DNA of 63,942 nt, filler included, from Octopus bimaculoides (Eukaryota): the NCBI RefSeq assembly GCF_001194135.2. It is 5 parts of 5 records of this genome, joined end to end, with 100 filler letters (N's around TTAATTAATTAA, not from the genome) between each part and the next. Parts side by side here need not be neighbours in the genome. Positions count along the whole stretch, not along the records: positions 25,194 to 39,270 come from NC_068983.1; positions 39,371 to 57,762 come from NC_068998.1; 3 more parts are not named here. One strand, 5' to 3'. Below are positions 38,128-51,549 of this stretch, in pieces. Position 1 is the first letter of the stretch. Each line of letters begins with the position of its first letter. Under the pieces are notes generated by a model. It had not been told where the DNA came from and made no database searches. It saw only the letters and a program-made list of their open reading frames with translations. A program made the position numbers and the translations under genes.

Positions 38128-38405
38128 TCATCATCATCATTATTATTAAGAAGGTGCTGACAGAATCATTAGCTCGCTGGGCAAAATGCTTAGTGGCATT
38201 TTGTCTGTCTTTATGTTCTGAGTTCAAATTCTGCCAAGGTGAACTTTGCCTTTTATCCTTTTGGAGTCGATAAATTAAGTAGCAGTGAAATACAGAGGTC
38301 AATGTAATTGACATGTCCCCTCCTGCCAAATTTCAGGCCTTGTGCCTTTAGTAGAAAGGATTATTATTGTTATTATTATCAACACCACTGCCACCAGCCA
38401 CTACC

Positions 38406-38675
38406 ACAGTTCTATATTTAAGAGATGAGGAATTATGTACATTATTTACATTTGACAGATATTTGTCCTTATCTTGTTAATTGTTAACACGTTTCAGCTG
38501 ATATACCCTCCAGCCTTCAGGTGTCTTGTGGAAATTTCAAACCTGGGTTCTCATTCCTAAGGTATTTGTCGATATTATTATTATTATTATTATTATCATT
38601 ATTATTCAGGTCACTGTCTGGAATTGACTCAGAATCTTAGAGTTAGTAGCCTGTGCTCTTAACCACGGGCATATG
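38406..38675 (-). mobile_element. tRNA-headed SINE (family D) with hammerhead-derived 3' region
   Basis: Minus strand: GTGGTTAAGAGCACAGGCTACTAAC.. (AAT)n ..GACAC CTGA AGGCTG GAGGGTATAT CAGCT GAAAC GTGTT..; colinear with 58026-58255. Confidence 0.75.
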
Positions 38676-38832
38676 TGTTCGTGTGTATCATGTAAGGCTA
38701 GAGATGGGAAATACTAATTAGACACAGAATGTTTGTTGTTAGCCAGCTGGAGGAGATGTTTTTCTGAGGCAATAAATATTAATAGCACTGTCCTGTATAG
38801 GACGTCACACTTAGTTGGCAAATATATGTTAT

Positions 38833-38869
<37 letters not shown>

Positions 38870-39314
38870 TTTAGATATAGATTCAAGGTTGAATATGGTA
38901 CTTATGCATAGGCACCCCAATATCGAATCCCAAAAGGATAGGTGATCAAAATCAAAAAATAAGCAACACGGATTTCAAAGGTGATTGCAGTACGCACGTT
39001 TCATGCTACTCCAATTTATTTAAGTAATGCGAGCATTACATTAAATGCAATATGAAGAGCAATCTTCAGCTGCACGAAAATGCAGAAAATTACTGTAGAA
39101 AAGACATATTATAAAGGTGGCAACATTTCAAATCCAAGTGGGAGAGAGAATACATAAAAATCCAAATGTGAGGAAGAATACATAAGTCCATCTTGACATA
39201 GCCGAGTCTATCAGGCTAGTAATTGATTCTAGACAAAAGTTTTAACTGTCTCAGATTTTATTGTTTCTTANNNNNNNNNNNNNNNNNNNNNNNNNNNNNN
39301 NNNNNNNNNNNNNN

Positions 39315-39326
39315 TTAATTAATTAA
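39315..39326. other. Synthetic scaffold linker
   Basis: 44N+TTAATTAATTAA+44N. Confidence 0.95.
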
Positions 39327-39526
39327 NNNNNNNNNNNNNNNNNNNNNNNNNNNNNNNNNNNNNNNNNNNNATATATATAAAGGGGAAGAACTGGAAAGGG
39401 AAGATATGGGTGCAAGAGAGGTGGTATTTAGTTGAGAGAGGTGCAAGAAAGTAAATGAGTGAGTGAGTAAGCAAGCGAGCGAACGAGCGAGAGAGAGAAG
39501 GGAGGGAGGGGAGGAGGAAAAGGCAC

Positions 39527-39572
<46 letters not shown>

Positions 39573-39939
39573 ACAGAGAGAGAAGGCGAGGGGGTAAGAG
39601 TGAGAGTGTAGAAATGCAGAGGAGAAGGAGGAGAGGACATCGGTTACTTTTTATCAAGACCAATTTGTTACATGTCAGCCTTTATATATACTTGCCGTTC
39701 GAGAAGTAAGCTCCTATGTCAGGCTGACCTAGAATCCGAGTCATTCACCGTTGTATCCCAACTACCAACCCTTATAGCGCCCCTCTTCCATCTAATTTCA
39801 ATCTATTCTCTTTCCTTGCTTTTCCATAACAGCCTTTTCTCTCCCTCAAAGTGGGTGTCGGTTACTAAGGAGACTTAGCACCAGTACATTTTGCTTGGGA
39901 AAGCGTTAATGTCACGTTGACACCGGCCATTATGGATAG

Positions 39940-40046
39940 GTAGGTAGGTAGGTAGGTAAGTACGTAGGTAGGTAGGTAGATGGATGGATCGCTGGATTGA
40001 AGGGTGGATGGATTGAAGGGTGGATGGATTGAAGGGTGGATGGATT

Positions 40047-40107
<61 letters not shown>

Positions 40108-40200
40108 GGATAAATAGATGGATAGATAGATAGATAGATAGATAGGTAGATAGATAGATAGATAGATAGATGGATAGGTGGATCGATTGGTAGATTGAAG
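39940..40200. repeat. (GGTA)n/(GGAT)n/(AGAT)n tetranucleotide array
   Basis: Direct reading. Confidence 0.9.
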
Positions 40201-40844
40201 GAAGGTGAGTTGGTAGGGTAGGTAAGTAGGTAATTGGGTAGTTTGGTAATCTGAAAGACAAACACGCAGATAAATATAGAGACAGCCTTGCTTAACGGGT
40301 GGAGGGACGGGTGGATGGAATTGGATAGATAGGTAAGATAGATAAATAAATAGGTAGATTGACAGAGAGAGATGGGAGGTGGTGGGGGTGCAGGGAGAGA
40401 GAGAGAGAGAGAGAGATGGGGGGATGGAAAGAGGATGCTTAGATATGTTCAATTAATTGATGGATTGAATGATTGATTGATTTATTAGAAATATAATTAG
40501 ATTGAATAAGGAGTGTTTGTGCATGTGAGAGATGAATTGATGGATCCGTGGATCTATACGATTGATGAATGTACGGATAGATAGGAGATTGATAAATAGT
40601 TGAATAGGTGTGTGTGAATTAATAGATTAGTTGTACTCGGGGAAATATTGCGAGTACACCGTCATACTAGTATTCCAAGTAATTTAGAATTTTCTTCCAT
40701 GCATTGGTATTTTTGATTCTTAGAGGTGCAATGTTGTTGTTGTTGTTGTTGTTTAAACCGGGGCTAGCTCTGAAAGGACGGGCCTATGATCGAAGGCACT
40801 CCTTCTGTGACCCCCCCCCCACTTTTCTTTTGTTTTAAATAATC

Positions 40845-41290
40845 GACGTGGATGGGTGCGCATTTAAGAAACTCGCTTCTCAAGCCTGTTATTTTCGGGT
40901 TCAGACACACTGTGTGCCACCTTGGGGCAAATGTCTTCTGCTACAACGCCGCGCCGACCAACACTTTGAGAGTAAATTTGGTGGACGGAAACTGTGTGAA
41001 TCCCGTCGCACACACATACATACATACATACATACACACATTACATACATACATACATACATACATACATGTGCGTGTGAGTGTGAACGTATGTATGTGT
41101 GAGTGCATGTGTTTGTAGTTGTGCTACGTTTGTGTCCTCACCACCATCGCCATCGGTTAAGAGTCCTTGCTGACTTCTTTAAGTCCCCGTAAGTTAACGG
41201 TTCGGCAAGAGAGACCGACAGAATAATTACCACACTCGAGGAAAAAAAACAAACAAACAAAAATACCGGGGTCGATTTGTTTGACTAAGC
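40845..41290 (+). mobile_element. SINE family B
   Basis: CACCTTGGGGCAAATGTCTTC core and family 3' part. Confidence 0.75.
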
Positions 41291-41451
41291 CAGTGGTTTC
41301 CAACCGGGGACCTATAAACCCTTGAGATTTCATATGGCCCTGTAGGGTCCGGATAAGACTTTTTTGTTAACATTCATGTGCAGTAAAATTGTTTATATTT
41401 CTACAATACATAAAATATTTTAATTTTTTTTAAATACAATTCCTAATAATA

Positions 41452-41690
41452 GGAGTGGCTTACCAACCACATGGCTCCGGGTTCAGTCCCACTGCGTGGC
41501 ACCTTGAGCAAGTGTCTTCTACTATAGCCTCGGGCCGACCAAAGCCTTGTGAGTGGATTTGGTAGACGGAAACTGAAAGAAGCTCGTCGTATATATGTAT
41601 ATATATATATGTATGTGTGTGTATGTGTGTGTATGCTTGTGCTCCAGCATGGCCGCAGTAAAAGAGTAAAAGAGTAAAAGAGTAAAGCAT
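41452..41690 (+). mobile_element. SINE family B with (AGTAAAAG)n tail
   Basis: Well-preserved head/core with an internal deletion. Confidence 0.85.
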
Positions 41691-42331
41691 AAAAAAAGGC
41701 GGCGAGCAGGTAGAATCGTTTGCACGCCGGACAAAATGCTTAGCGGCTTTTTATCCGTCTTTATATTATGGCTTCAANNNNNNNNNNNNNNNNNNNNNNN
41801 NNNNNNNNNNNNNNNNNNNNNNNNNNNNNNNNNNNNNNNNNNNNNNNNNNNNNNNNNNNNNNNNNNNNNNNNNNNNNNNNNNNNNNNNNNNNNNNNNNNN
41901 NNNNNNNNNNNNNNNNNNNNNNNNNNNNNNNNNNNNNNNNNNNNNNNNNNNNNNNNNNNNNNNNNNNNNNNNNNNNNNNNNNNNNNNNNNNNNNNNNNNN
42001 NNNNNNNNNNNNNNNNNNNNNNNNNNNNNNNNNNNNNNNNNNNNNNNNNNNNNNNNNNNNNNNNNNNNNNNNNNNNNNNNNNNNNNNNNNNNNNNNNNNN
42101 NNNNNNNNNNNNNNNNNNNNNNNNNNNNNNNNNNNNNNNNNNNNNNNNNNNNNNNNNNNNNNNNNNNNNNNNNNNNNNNNNNNNNNNNNNNNNNNNNNNN
42201 NNNNNNNNNNNNNNNNNNNNNNNNNNNATATATGTATATGGTGTGTTATGAGAATTTATGGAAAGGTATTCCATAGAAACTCAACAAATATGTTAAATGG
42301 AAAGATGTTAAAATTTAAAAGAATTTAAATG

Positions 42332-42403
<72 letters not shown>

Positions 42404-42827
42404 TGTATGTATATACGTATATGTATGTATGTGTGTGTATGCATGTATGTATGTATGTTTATGTGCAACCGTTAATCCAGACACGTTTTGTTTTTGTTTT
42501 GTTTGTTTTCCTCTCTCTCTCCATTTATTTTCTCTCCTCATTCCTTTCTGTAAAAGACTCCTCCATTTTTTTTCCTGAGTGTCAAACTAATACACCTTGC
42601 TTGTTGTTCCCTCACCTGTCTCTGTCTTGTGAGTAAAGGCAAAAATCACAAATTTAACATGCCAGCCGCTTTGCATGACATGTATAACAATCCAGTCTGT
42701 TGATCGTTGGCTGGATTAACGTCCTATAGGAGACACAGATATCAGAACGTAGGAACTTAGAAAAGAGAGAAAAAAAAACAGTTAGAACCTCATACGTCCA
42801 AATCGACAGGAGAATCGATAATTAATC

Positions 42828-42887
<60 letters not shown>

Positions 42888-43494
42888 TAGAGAGAGGTGT
42901 GTGTGTGTTTATGTTTGTATGTATGTATATCATTATTCAGTTATATTTCAAGATTTCTTGGCAATAGAGGAAAAGCCCGTTTCTAACCTAGATCCAAGGC
43001 TCCTTAATTGGAATTTCAACATCATCAACAGGGTATTTTTGTTTGTATGTATGTACGTATGTCTGTCTGTATGTATGTATATATGTATTAATGTATGTAT
43101 GTATGTATGTATGTATGTATGTATTATGTGTGTTTGTATGTATGTATGTATGTATGTATGTGTGTGTGTATGTGTGTATGTATGTATGTATGTACGTATG
43201 TATGTATGAGTGTATACGTGCAGATTTTTATGTTTTGTTTTATTTATGTATTCTCATGCACATAGTTGCATATCTAGACATGCTCATGTATACTTAAATG
43301 ATAAACTTCTGGAAAGTTTTACAGATTTTTACAGTTCCAGTGATGGTCTAGATCTCTAGTCTTCGAATCAGATTTCTCCTTTCTGGTTTTGAGAAGCCTA
43401 ATTTCTCAAGACAGGTATTTAGGCAGTGCGTTACATATCCCAGTGCTCCAATAATTACAAGTCTGAACCTGAACTTGTAATCTAGATAGAGTAC

Positions 43495-43525
<31 letters not shown>

Positions 43526-43725
43526 TGTATGTGTGTATGTATGTATGTGTAACCCTGTGACCATCCGGTCTCCCGCCCAGGTGAAAGAGAACATATACGC
43601 CACAGAATCCAAGAAACCAGCCCTGTCAACTTATGGTTCGGGAAGGACTATAGATCTTTTTTATATATTATCAGTGTTAAATTATTGTTTGGTATATTAT
43701 ATTATATGCTCTGTTTTGAAGGTGC

Positions 43726-44055
43726 ATGGCTCAATGGCTAGAACATCGGGCTCACACTCATGAGGTTGTGAGTTCGATTCCAGGACTTGGCCATGTATTA
43801 TGTTCTTGAGCAAGACACTTTACTTCACATTGCTCCAGTTCACTCAGCTGTAGAAATGAATTGCGACGTCACTGATTCCAAGCTGCATCGGCCTTTGTCT
43901 TTCCCTTCGATGACATCGGGGTCATCGAAAGAGGAGGCTGACATGCATGGACAACTGCTGGTCTTCTACAAATAACCTTGCCCGGACTTGTGCCTCGGAG
44001 GCGGGAGGAACTTTCTAGGTGCAATCCCATGCCATTCGTGACTGAAGGGGATCGT
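43726..44055 (+). mobile_element. SINE family C, full length
   Basis: A-box TGGCTCAATGG, B-box GAGTTCGATTCC, CORE-like GTTCTTGAGCAAGACACTT, and a 3' part shared with 8494-8700. Confidence 0.8.
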
Positions 44056-44759
44056 TATCCTTTTACCCTTGTTCTGTTTTACGAAGTCTTTGATAATGTG
44101 TTCATCTATTTTATAGTTAATATGCATTTGACTTATATAATACGTCTTATTTGTGGCTTGTGCAATTTTAAATGTCTCTTATCTTTATTACGTTGTATTT
44201 CTTCCTCTTTTGTTCTATGACTTGGTCTTTAAGTCTGTTAGAATTCCCGTTGTTGATATAGAATTTGTTATATTCTGCTGGTTTCTTTATCTACTGTTTT
44301 CTGTATGAAGAGGAATCTTTCAGTAAAGATTTAAAATAAAGATTTTTACCACTAATATTTTGTATCTGCATAAACGTTTCGATGTCGCCATATCAATATA
44401 CATGTATATATGAATGTTCATATCATTGTGTTGCTAGAAGCTCTATTTGTACTATTCTGAGTATCGAATTCTTTTCTAGGTCTTCCTAAGATTTCTCTGC
44501 ATCTTCTGGTGCATCCATTATGATGCATATATCGTATGCTTATGCTTCTTGTCACTTTGTTTTCTATCGTGGCCACATAGAACGCTGCCAACGTTGACTC
44601 GAAGAGAAAGACCAAGCTTAATCCAGCTTTTTGCCTTTATAACTTGCCTAATAGACAAAATAAGAATAATTCTGTTACAAAGTATCCAAGTAATTTCTTC
44701 ATCATAACGTTTGGTGTCGTTAATGTTTTTTTTTGTTTTTTGTTTTGGGTTTTTTTTTT

Positions 44760-44990
44760 TTTTTCAATATGGCTTCTATTGTATCTACAACTGGAATGTT
44801 AGCAAACATACTTTCTACATTTATGGTGGCAAATATTGCCTACTTCGCTGGTTTCTTCTAAGATCTCTAGCAACTCTTCGGATGACAGTATACTATATCT
44901 CTCCAGTGTGTATTGTTTGATTATGTTGTTTGATAATGTAGCCATCATCTCTGATGGTGTATTTATTTGAAATATTATGAGTCGGAGAAT
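44760..44990 (-). mobile_element. Penelope-like RT fragment (second lineage)
   Basis: LRLIIFQINTPSEMMATLSNNIIKQYTLERYSILSSEELLEILEE/ATINVESMFANIPVVDTIEAIL, resembling PLE RT LRPIIS..TPT..SFDVESLFTNIPV.ETIE. Confidence 0.65.
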
Positions 44991-45019
44991 ATGCTAGGGT
45001 GAATTCTGGAGCGTTTATC

Positions 45020-46050
45020 GCTGTAATTTTCCAATTTGCTCGTGAAAGCATTCACGGAATCGATGAATTTTATAACGTTTATATTCCTTCCTTGCATCTG
45101 AAGATTCAGTTTAATCATCTGCTCAAAAATATCAACTAAATAGGCAAGGCACATAATTCGTTCCTGATCACTGAAGAAGCTAAAAAATCCCGTTTATACT
45201 CTGACCTTCGAAAAATAATTCGAGCTCGTCGTCTCTAAACTCAGATATTTTGTTCAGTTACATTCAATTACATTTCCTCTTAAAATTCATCAAACATTTG
45301 GTCAAGAAGCAAATGATGGTCTATATTGATGTTAATAAAGTCGAAATTCAGAGCTCTTCTTTCGACAAAATTCACAATATGAATTGTTTGATCTAAAACG
45401 CCCTTTCGTGAAAATGGAAATGTATTTGATGCCAGTATCAAGCGATGGATCATACACTGAATGCCTTTTACTTTTGGAATTCGCTTTTTCATCCAAACCT
45501 CAATTCCAGATTATTTCGTTCATAAAATAATTAGTGTTCCATCCTTATCTCATCCCAGACATTACGTTACTCAAGATTTTCTGGTTCTATAAAATATGAT
45601 ACGTCTTCTGAAATATCTAAGCCTTTCCTTAGCAGTTGTTTGAAGAAGAGAACAAAAGAAAAAAATTCTTGCCTAAACGAACCTGAGTCAGCATTTCTTG
45701 CAAACAACCCCCAACCAACAAATGAGAATATAATGCCTCGTCAGTCGATTAATCAAGTTGAATTGAAAATATGCCAAATGCTGCAAACCTGATCTCCTAC
45801 ACAACTTGATACTTGACACCACTGGCTATGTCACTGATCTTCCATTAAACACTACCGTTTGATTATAAGGACTGCAGCAAGGTATTTCTCCAATCCATTT
45901 TCAACACAATTTCCGCCATTTTAAGAAAACAAAGTTTGATCAAAGTTCGTCAATTGTATGCAACCATTTCCTGCTTTGATTTCCATGTCTACGACATAAG
46001 AGACTTCAGTAATTCTTTTAGTTTATGTCTTAGAATATTCCTGGTAATCT
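45020..46050 (-). mobile_element. hAT (Charlie/Buster-like) transposase relic
   Basis: KMAEIVL..RISDIASGVK..FSIQLD*STD; QCMIHRLILASNTFP..VLDQTIHIVNFVERRALN; LAYLVDIFEQMIKLNLQMQGRN. Confidence 0.85.
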
Positions 46051-46499
46051 ACCTTTAACTATTTTCTAGAGTATTCCCATGACATTCATATAAGCTTCTT
46101 TTTTTTTTTTTTTTGAATTAGAGGAAAACAGTCTGTAAATGCCACCTTAACTTTGGTGTTTTCGTAGTAGAGTCATTTGGTAAGGTTTTTTTCAAGAAAA
46201 ATAGATTGAGGCCTTTCTTAAGATATGCTGAATATAGCAAATATTGCATTCGCTCTTGCTACACGCATGATAAGGGTCAAAATTTTTACAATAAAAAGCA
46301 AGAATAAGTCAAAGACGACTATGAAAGGGATATATTTCAGTTTTAAAATATATATATATTTACCTTTAATTTGAATTTAATTTACATCATTGATAAAACT
46401 TTTAATTAATGACAAATTACAATACTACAGATTGTACATAATATACAAGGCATTACATTTTATGAATTATTGGTCACTATTCTCCCATGAAGTCAAAAA

Positions 46500-46830
46500 T
46501 TCCTCATCCCTCATATGAGCGAAAGTCTTTCTTCTATCAAGTCAAGTAGGCAAAATGGACGTGCGTAAGCACTTGTTACTATACGAAATCGGCTGGATTT
46601 TCCCTTCTGCACATCACACACGGTAGAATGTTTTTCGAACTTATTATGAATCCCGGAAATTTTCAGACGTGTTGGGGGTTCTGTTCCAAACTTATGCCTC
46701 CATTGTCGTAGAACTTCAACAACATTCTCAAATTTGAAATACCACTTTAAAACGGTCATACATTTCTTAAACGACAACCGCACCTCTGTCAATTTGTCAC
46801 GGGCTTTTTCAAATCTCAGAATAATGCCCA
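46500..46830 (-). mobile_element. Internally deleted Tc1/mariner-superfamily element (N-terminal HTH, DUF4817-like)
   Basis: VLKWYFKFENVVEVLRQWRHKFGTEPPTRLKISGIHNKFEKHSTVCDVQKGKS. Confidence 0.7.
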
Positions 46831-47329
46831 TTCACAATTTCATTCATCAACAATTGATCAAATGCAACATAGCTTTTTCAGTATCACACCTTGCCAACAG
46901 TAAAAAAAAATACGCTATTTTTAAAGTGAAACATTTTTTGGGAGATTTTTTTTTATTATGATTTTTAAAAAAGAAAAATTTTACAAAGCCAATCACGTTG
47001 AAAAAGGCCAGAACAAAGGCCAAAAAGATTACAGGTAACTTGTANNNNNNNNNNNNNNNNNNNNNNNNNNNNNNNNNNNNNNNNNNNNNNNNNNNNNNNN
47101 NNNNNNNNNNNNNNNNNNNNNNNNNNNNNNNNNNNNNNNNNNNNNNNNNNNNNNNNNNNNNNNNNNNNNNNNNNNNNNNNNNNNNNNNNNNNNNNNNNNN
47201 NNNNNNNNNNNNNNNNNNNNNNNNNNNNNNNNNNNNNNNNNNNNNNNNNNNNNNNNNNNNNNNNNNNNNNNNNNNNNNNNNNNNNNNNNNNNNNNNNNNN
47301 NNNNNNNNNNNNNNNNNNNNNNNNNNNNN

Positions 47330-47378
<49 letters not shown>

Positions 47379-47684
47379 CATAATATATAAACAGTTGACG
47401 GACGATTCTGAGTTCCAACGTATTGGTTTCTGTATTAAATAATCTTTGTACAATGTAAGATATATTTTCATATATTTTACAATTCTTATATTGCAAAATA
47501 TATTTTCCTATATTTTACGATTCTTATATTGCTGCTCACACGGGCACTCATACACATACATACACATATATATTTACGCATATTCACAGAAATGGGCATA
47601 CATACATATAGATATCAATACAATACATTTGCAAAAGCTTAGAGGTATATAAATATACACATAAATGCACACATATACCTATTT

Positions 47685-47880
47685 ACGAGCGGTGCTGAAA
47701 AGTTTCTGGCTTTGGGTAAAAAAAAAAAGTACTGGAGGATCAGTTAATTATGGTTTTATTCAACATATTCCCCTCTCAGATTCACACACTTATTGCAGTG
47801 GTCCTTTAGTTTCTCTAAGCCTTGTAAAAGAACTGGAAAGGTTGGGCTTCCAACCAGGATTTTCGCGATATTCTTAAAGT
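47685..47880. mobile_element. Mariner-type terminal fragment
   Basis: TA-CGAGCGGTGCTGAAAAGTTTCTGGC terminus resembles mariner TIRs; no second TIR seen. Confidence 0.45.
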
Positions 47881-48411
47881 CAGAGGCAGCGAGCTGGCAG
47901 AAACGTTAGCACGCCGGGCGAAATGCTTAGTGATATTTCGTCTGTCTTTACGTTCTGGGTTCAAATTCCGCCGAGGTCGACTTTATTTTATAAATCCTCA
48001 CTGTCTATTTTCATCGCTTACAGCNNNNNNNNNNNNNNNNNNNNNNNNNNNNNNNNNNNNNNNNNNNNNNNNNNNNNNNNNNNNNNNNNNNNNNNNNNNN
48101 NNNNNNNNNNNNNNNNNNNNNNNNNNNNNNNNNNNNNNNNNNNNNNNNNNNNNNNNNNNNNNNNNNNNNNNNNNNNNNNNNNNNNNNNNNNNNNNNNNNN
48201 NNNNNNNNNNNNNNNNNNNNNNNNNNNNNNNNNNNNNNNNNNNNNNNNNNNNNNNNNNNNNNNNNNNNNNNNNNNNNNNNNNNNNNNNNNNNNNNNNNNN
48301 NNNNNNNNNNNNNNNNNNNNNNNNNNNNNNNNNNNNNNNNNNNNNNNNNNNNNNNNNNNNNNNNNNNNNNNNNNNNNNNNNNNNNNNNNNNNNNNNNNNN
48401 NNNNNNNNNNN

Positions 48412-48443
<32 letters not shown>

Positions 48444-48879
48444 CAAACAAAAAATGGTTAGTTCAAAAATCTATCTAAGAGATCAACGCAGTAGTGTACT
48501 AGCAAGTAATGTTCGTAACCACTTCAACATGGCTGTTCCGTTCGAACGGACTTTTACTGCGATTTTTAAAACCCCAAGAGGACATCGGCTCTAGCTGGTT
48601 AACGATGCACAGAGAGAAAGTGGGGGCGAAATATATGAGTTTGTGTTATGCTCTCCTAACAATTAATCCCGAATGCCATAAAACCGGATGTTCTACCTTT
48701 TAGATCAGGGATACGGAACTAACGTAACTCAGGCCCGATGCGGCCCTTTATGACTTTTTTAATTTTTTTTTTATGAAACACGTCTATTGACATGATTATA
48801 TAAACATTGTAAAGTTTTCTGCTTGAATATTATCACACAATCTTTTGGGTTAGCTCTGCTTATTTAAATAATTTTATTT

Positions 48880-49516
48880 CTCATTCTTTCTCCCTCTCTC
48901 TCTCCCTCTCCCTTACTTACTCACTCACCCATTCACTTTCCCTCTCTCTTCCTATCTGTCTCTCACTCTTTCTCTCTCAAGTACACACATTTTCTCACTT
49001 TCACTCTGCGTTTCTCTCTATCTGTCTCTCTTCCCCTCCCTTTCAATCCTCTCTCTCACACTTTCTCTCTGTCTCTCTATCGCTCACAATTTTTCTCTCC
49101 CTCACACACGCTCTCTCTCCTTTCCCCTCTCTCTCACTCTCTCACTCACTAACTCTCTACCACTCTTCTTCTCTCACCCTCTCACTCTCCTGTCTCCCTC
49201 TCACTCACTTTCTCTTCCTCTTTCCCTCTCACTTCCCCTCACTTTCACTCCTTCACTCTTATTCTCACTCTCTCTCACTCACTCTCACTCTCTCTCACTC
49301 ACTCTCTCACTCTCACTCTCTCTCACTCACTCACTCTCTCACTCACTCTCTCTCTCACTCACTCTCTCACTCTCACTCTCTCTCACTCTCTCTCACTCAC
49401 TCTCTCTCTCTCACTCACTCTCTCACTCTCACTCTCTCTCCTGTCTCCCTCTCATTCCCCCTCTCTTTCTCTCCCTCACTCTTATTCTCTCTCTCCCTCC
49501 TACTCTCTCCGTCTCA

Positions 49517-49550
<34 letters not shown>

Positions 49551-49560
49551 CACTCACGCT
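48880..49560. repeat. ~680-bp pyrimidine-rich (CT)n/(CACT)n tract
   Basis: Direct reading. Confidence 0.9.
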
Positions 49561-49989
49561 TTCTCTCAATTGTTTTTAATACTTTATTTTATGTACGACG
49601 CAGTGTACTTTGTGCTCCATATGATGTTTGTCCAATTATCATTTTAGTGGGATAGCCCTGTTTATGAAGGGCAATATCTCTTAAGGCCCACAACATAAAA
49701 AACAAAAAATATTTTCTCATGTTTGTTCTACGTGATCAATAATTCTCAAACTGCTTCTTTTGTTTTTTTTAAATATCGCCTCTTTTACTTTACTAACACA
49801 TTTTTTCAGCACCTCCTCCTAGCTACGATTCAACAAAATTAAATGCTCCATTAAAAAAAAACAAAATACTGCAGCCGACAAGTTTATCGCCATTAAAAGA
49901 CAACTTTTACGTAAGACATTTCAGCAATGTAATATGTATGACAAATATATATAAACCCTCATATATATATATGCACAAATATGTATTTG

Positions 49990-50278
49990 TTGTTGGCACT
50001 CCGTCGCTTACGACGTCGAGGGTTCCAGTTGATGGGGTCAACGGAACAGCCTGTTCGTGAACAGCCTGCTCGTGAAATTAACGTGCAAGTGGCTGAGCAC
50101 TCCACAGACACGTGTACCCTTAACGTAGTTCTCAGGGATATTCAGCGTGACACAGTGTGACAAGGCTGACCCTTTGAATTACAGGCACAACAGAAACAGG
50201 AAGTAAGAGTGAGAGAAAGTTGTGGTGAAAGAGTACAGCAGGGTTCGCCACCATCCCCTGCCGGGGCCTCGTGGAGTT
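49990..50278 (+). mobile_element. Copy of the 3032-3348 repeat
   Basis: GTTGTTGGCACTCCGTCGCTTACGACGTCGAGGGTTCCAG..; contains a small internal duplication. Confidence 0.8.
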
Positions 50279-50354
50279 TGATTGCAAAGAATTCAAATTT
50301 GATGGCAAATAATTCAAATTAGATCGAAAACATCTATATATACACATATTGGTT

Positions 50355-50710
50355 TCAAATTCCGCCGAGGTCGACTTTGCCTTTCATCCTTTCGGGGTCG
50401 ATAAATTAAGTACCAGTTGCGCACTGGGGTCGATGTAATCGACTTAACCCATTTGTCCGTCCTTGTTTGTCCCCTCTATGTTTTGCCCTTTGAGGGCAAT
50501 AAAGAAATAAGAAACGTTAGCACGCCGGGTGAAATACTTAGCAGTATTTCGTCTGCCATTATATTCTGAGTTCAAATTCCGCCGCCAAGGCCAACTTTGC
50601 CGTTTATCCTTCCGGGTTCGATGAAATAAGTACCAATTGAGCACTGGGATCGATGTAATCAACTATCCCTCTGCCCGAAAATTTCAGGCCTTATTCCTTT
50701 AGCAGAAAAA
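50355..50710 (+). mobile_element. SINE family A, head-to-tail dimer
   Basis: Two cores joined at AATAAGAAACGTTAGC. Confidence 0.85.
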
Positions 50711-50964
50711 ATTATTTTTATTATCATTATTTTTACTTTTAATCTGCATGTTTGTTACAGTCACTTGCCGAGACANNNNNNNNNNNNNNNNNNNNNNNNN
50801 NNNNNNNNNNNNNNNNNNNNNNNNNNNNNNNNNNNNNNNNNNNNNNNNNNNNNNNNNNNNNNNNNNNNNNNNNNNATTATTATTATTATTATTATTATTA
50901 TTGTTACTATCATTATTATTATTATATCATTATTGTTGTTGTTGTTATTAATTACTTCTGACTG

Positions 50965-51469
50965 CGGCCATGTTGAGACAACACCTCGAAGGGGATTCAG
51001 CCGAACAAATCAACCCCAGGATTTATGGGTCTTTTAAAGTTTGGCATTTATTGTGTTCTCTCTTTTGCCGAACTGCTAAGTTACGGTGTTGTAAACAAAC
51101 CAGCACTCCTTGTCAAGCGGTATGTGGGGGTCAGAAACACAGAAGTATAAGACTCATACACTCATACACGCACATACACACACACATATAATATATGAGT
51201 GTGTGTGTGCATATCTGTGCATGTGTGTATGTGTATATGTATAAATATCTATGTATGTGTGTGTGCGCGCGCGCGCGTGTATGTTTGTGTGTCTGTGTTT
51301 GTCTCCCCAACATCGCTTGACAACCGATGTTGGTATGTTTACGTCCCCGTAACATAGCAGTTCGCCAAAACTGATCGATAGAATAAGTACTAGGTGTACA
51401 AAGAATAAGTCCTGATGTCAATCTGTTCGACTAAAGGCATGGCCGTAGTAAAATGACAAACAAATAAAA

Positions 51470-51475
<6 letters not shown>
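50965..51475 (+). mobile_element. SINE family B-related composite
   Basis: CCCCAACATCGCTTGACAACCGATG..GAATAAGTACTAGG 3' module. Confidence 0.65.
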
Positions 51476-51549
<74 letters not shown>

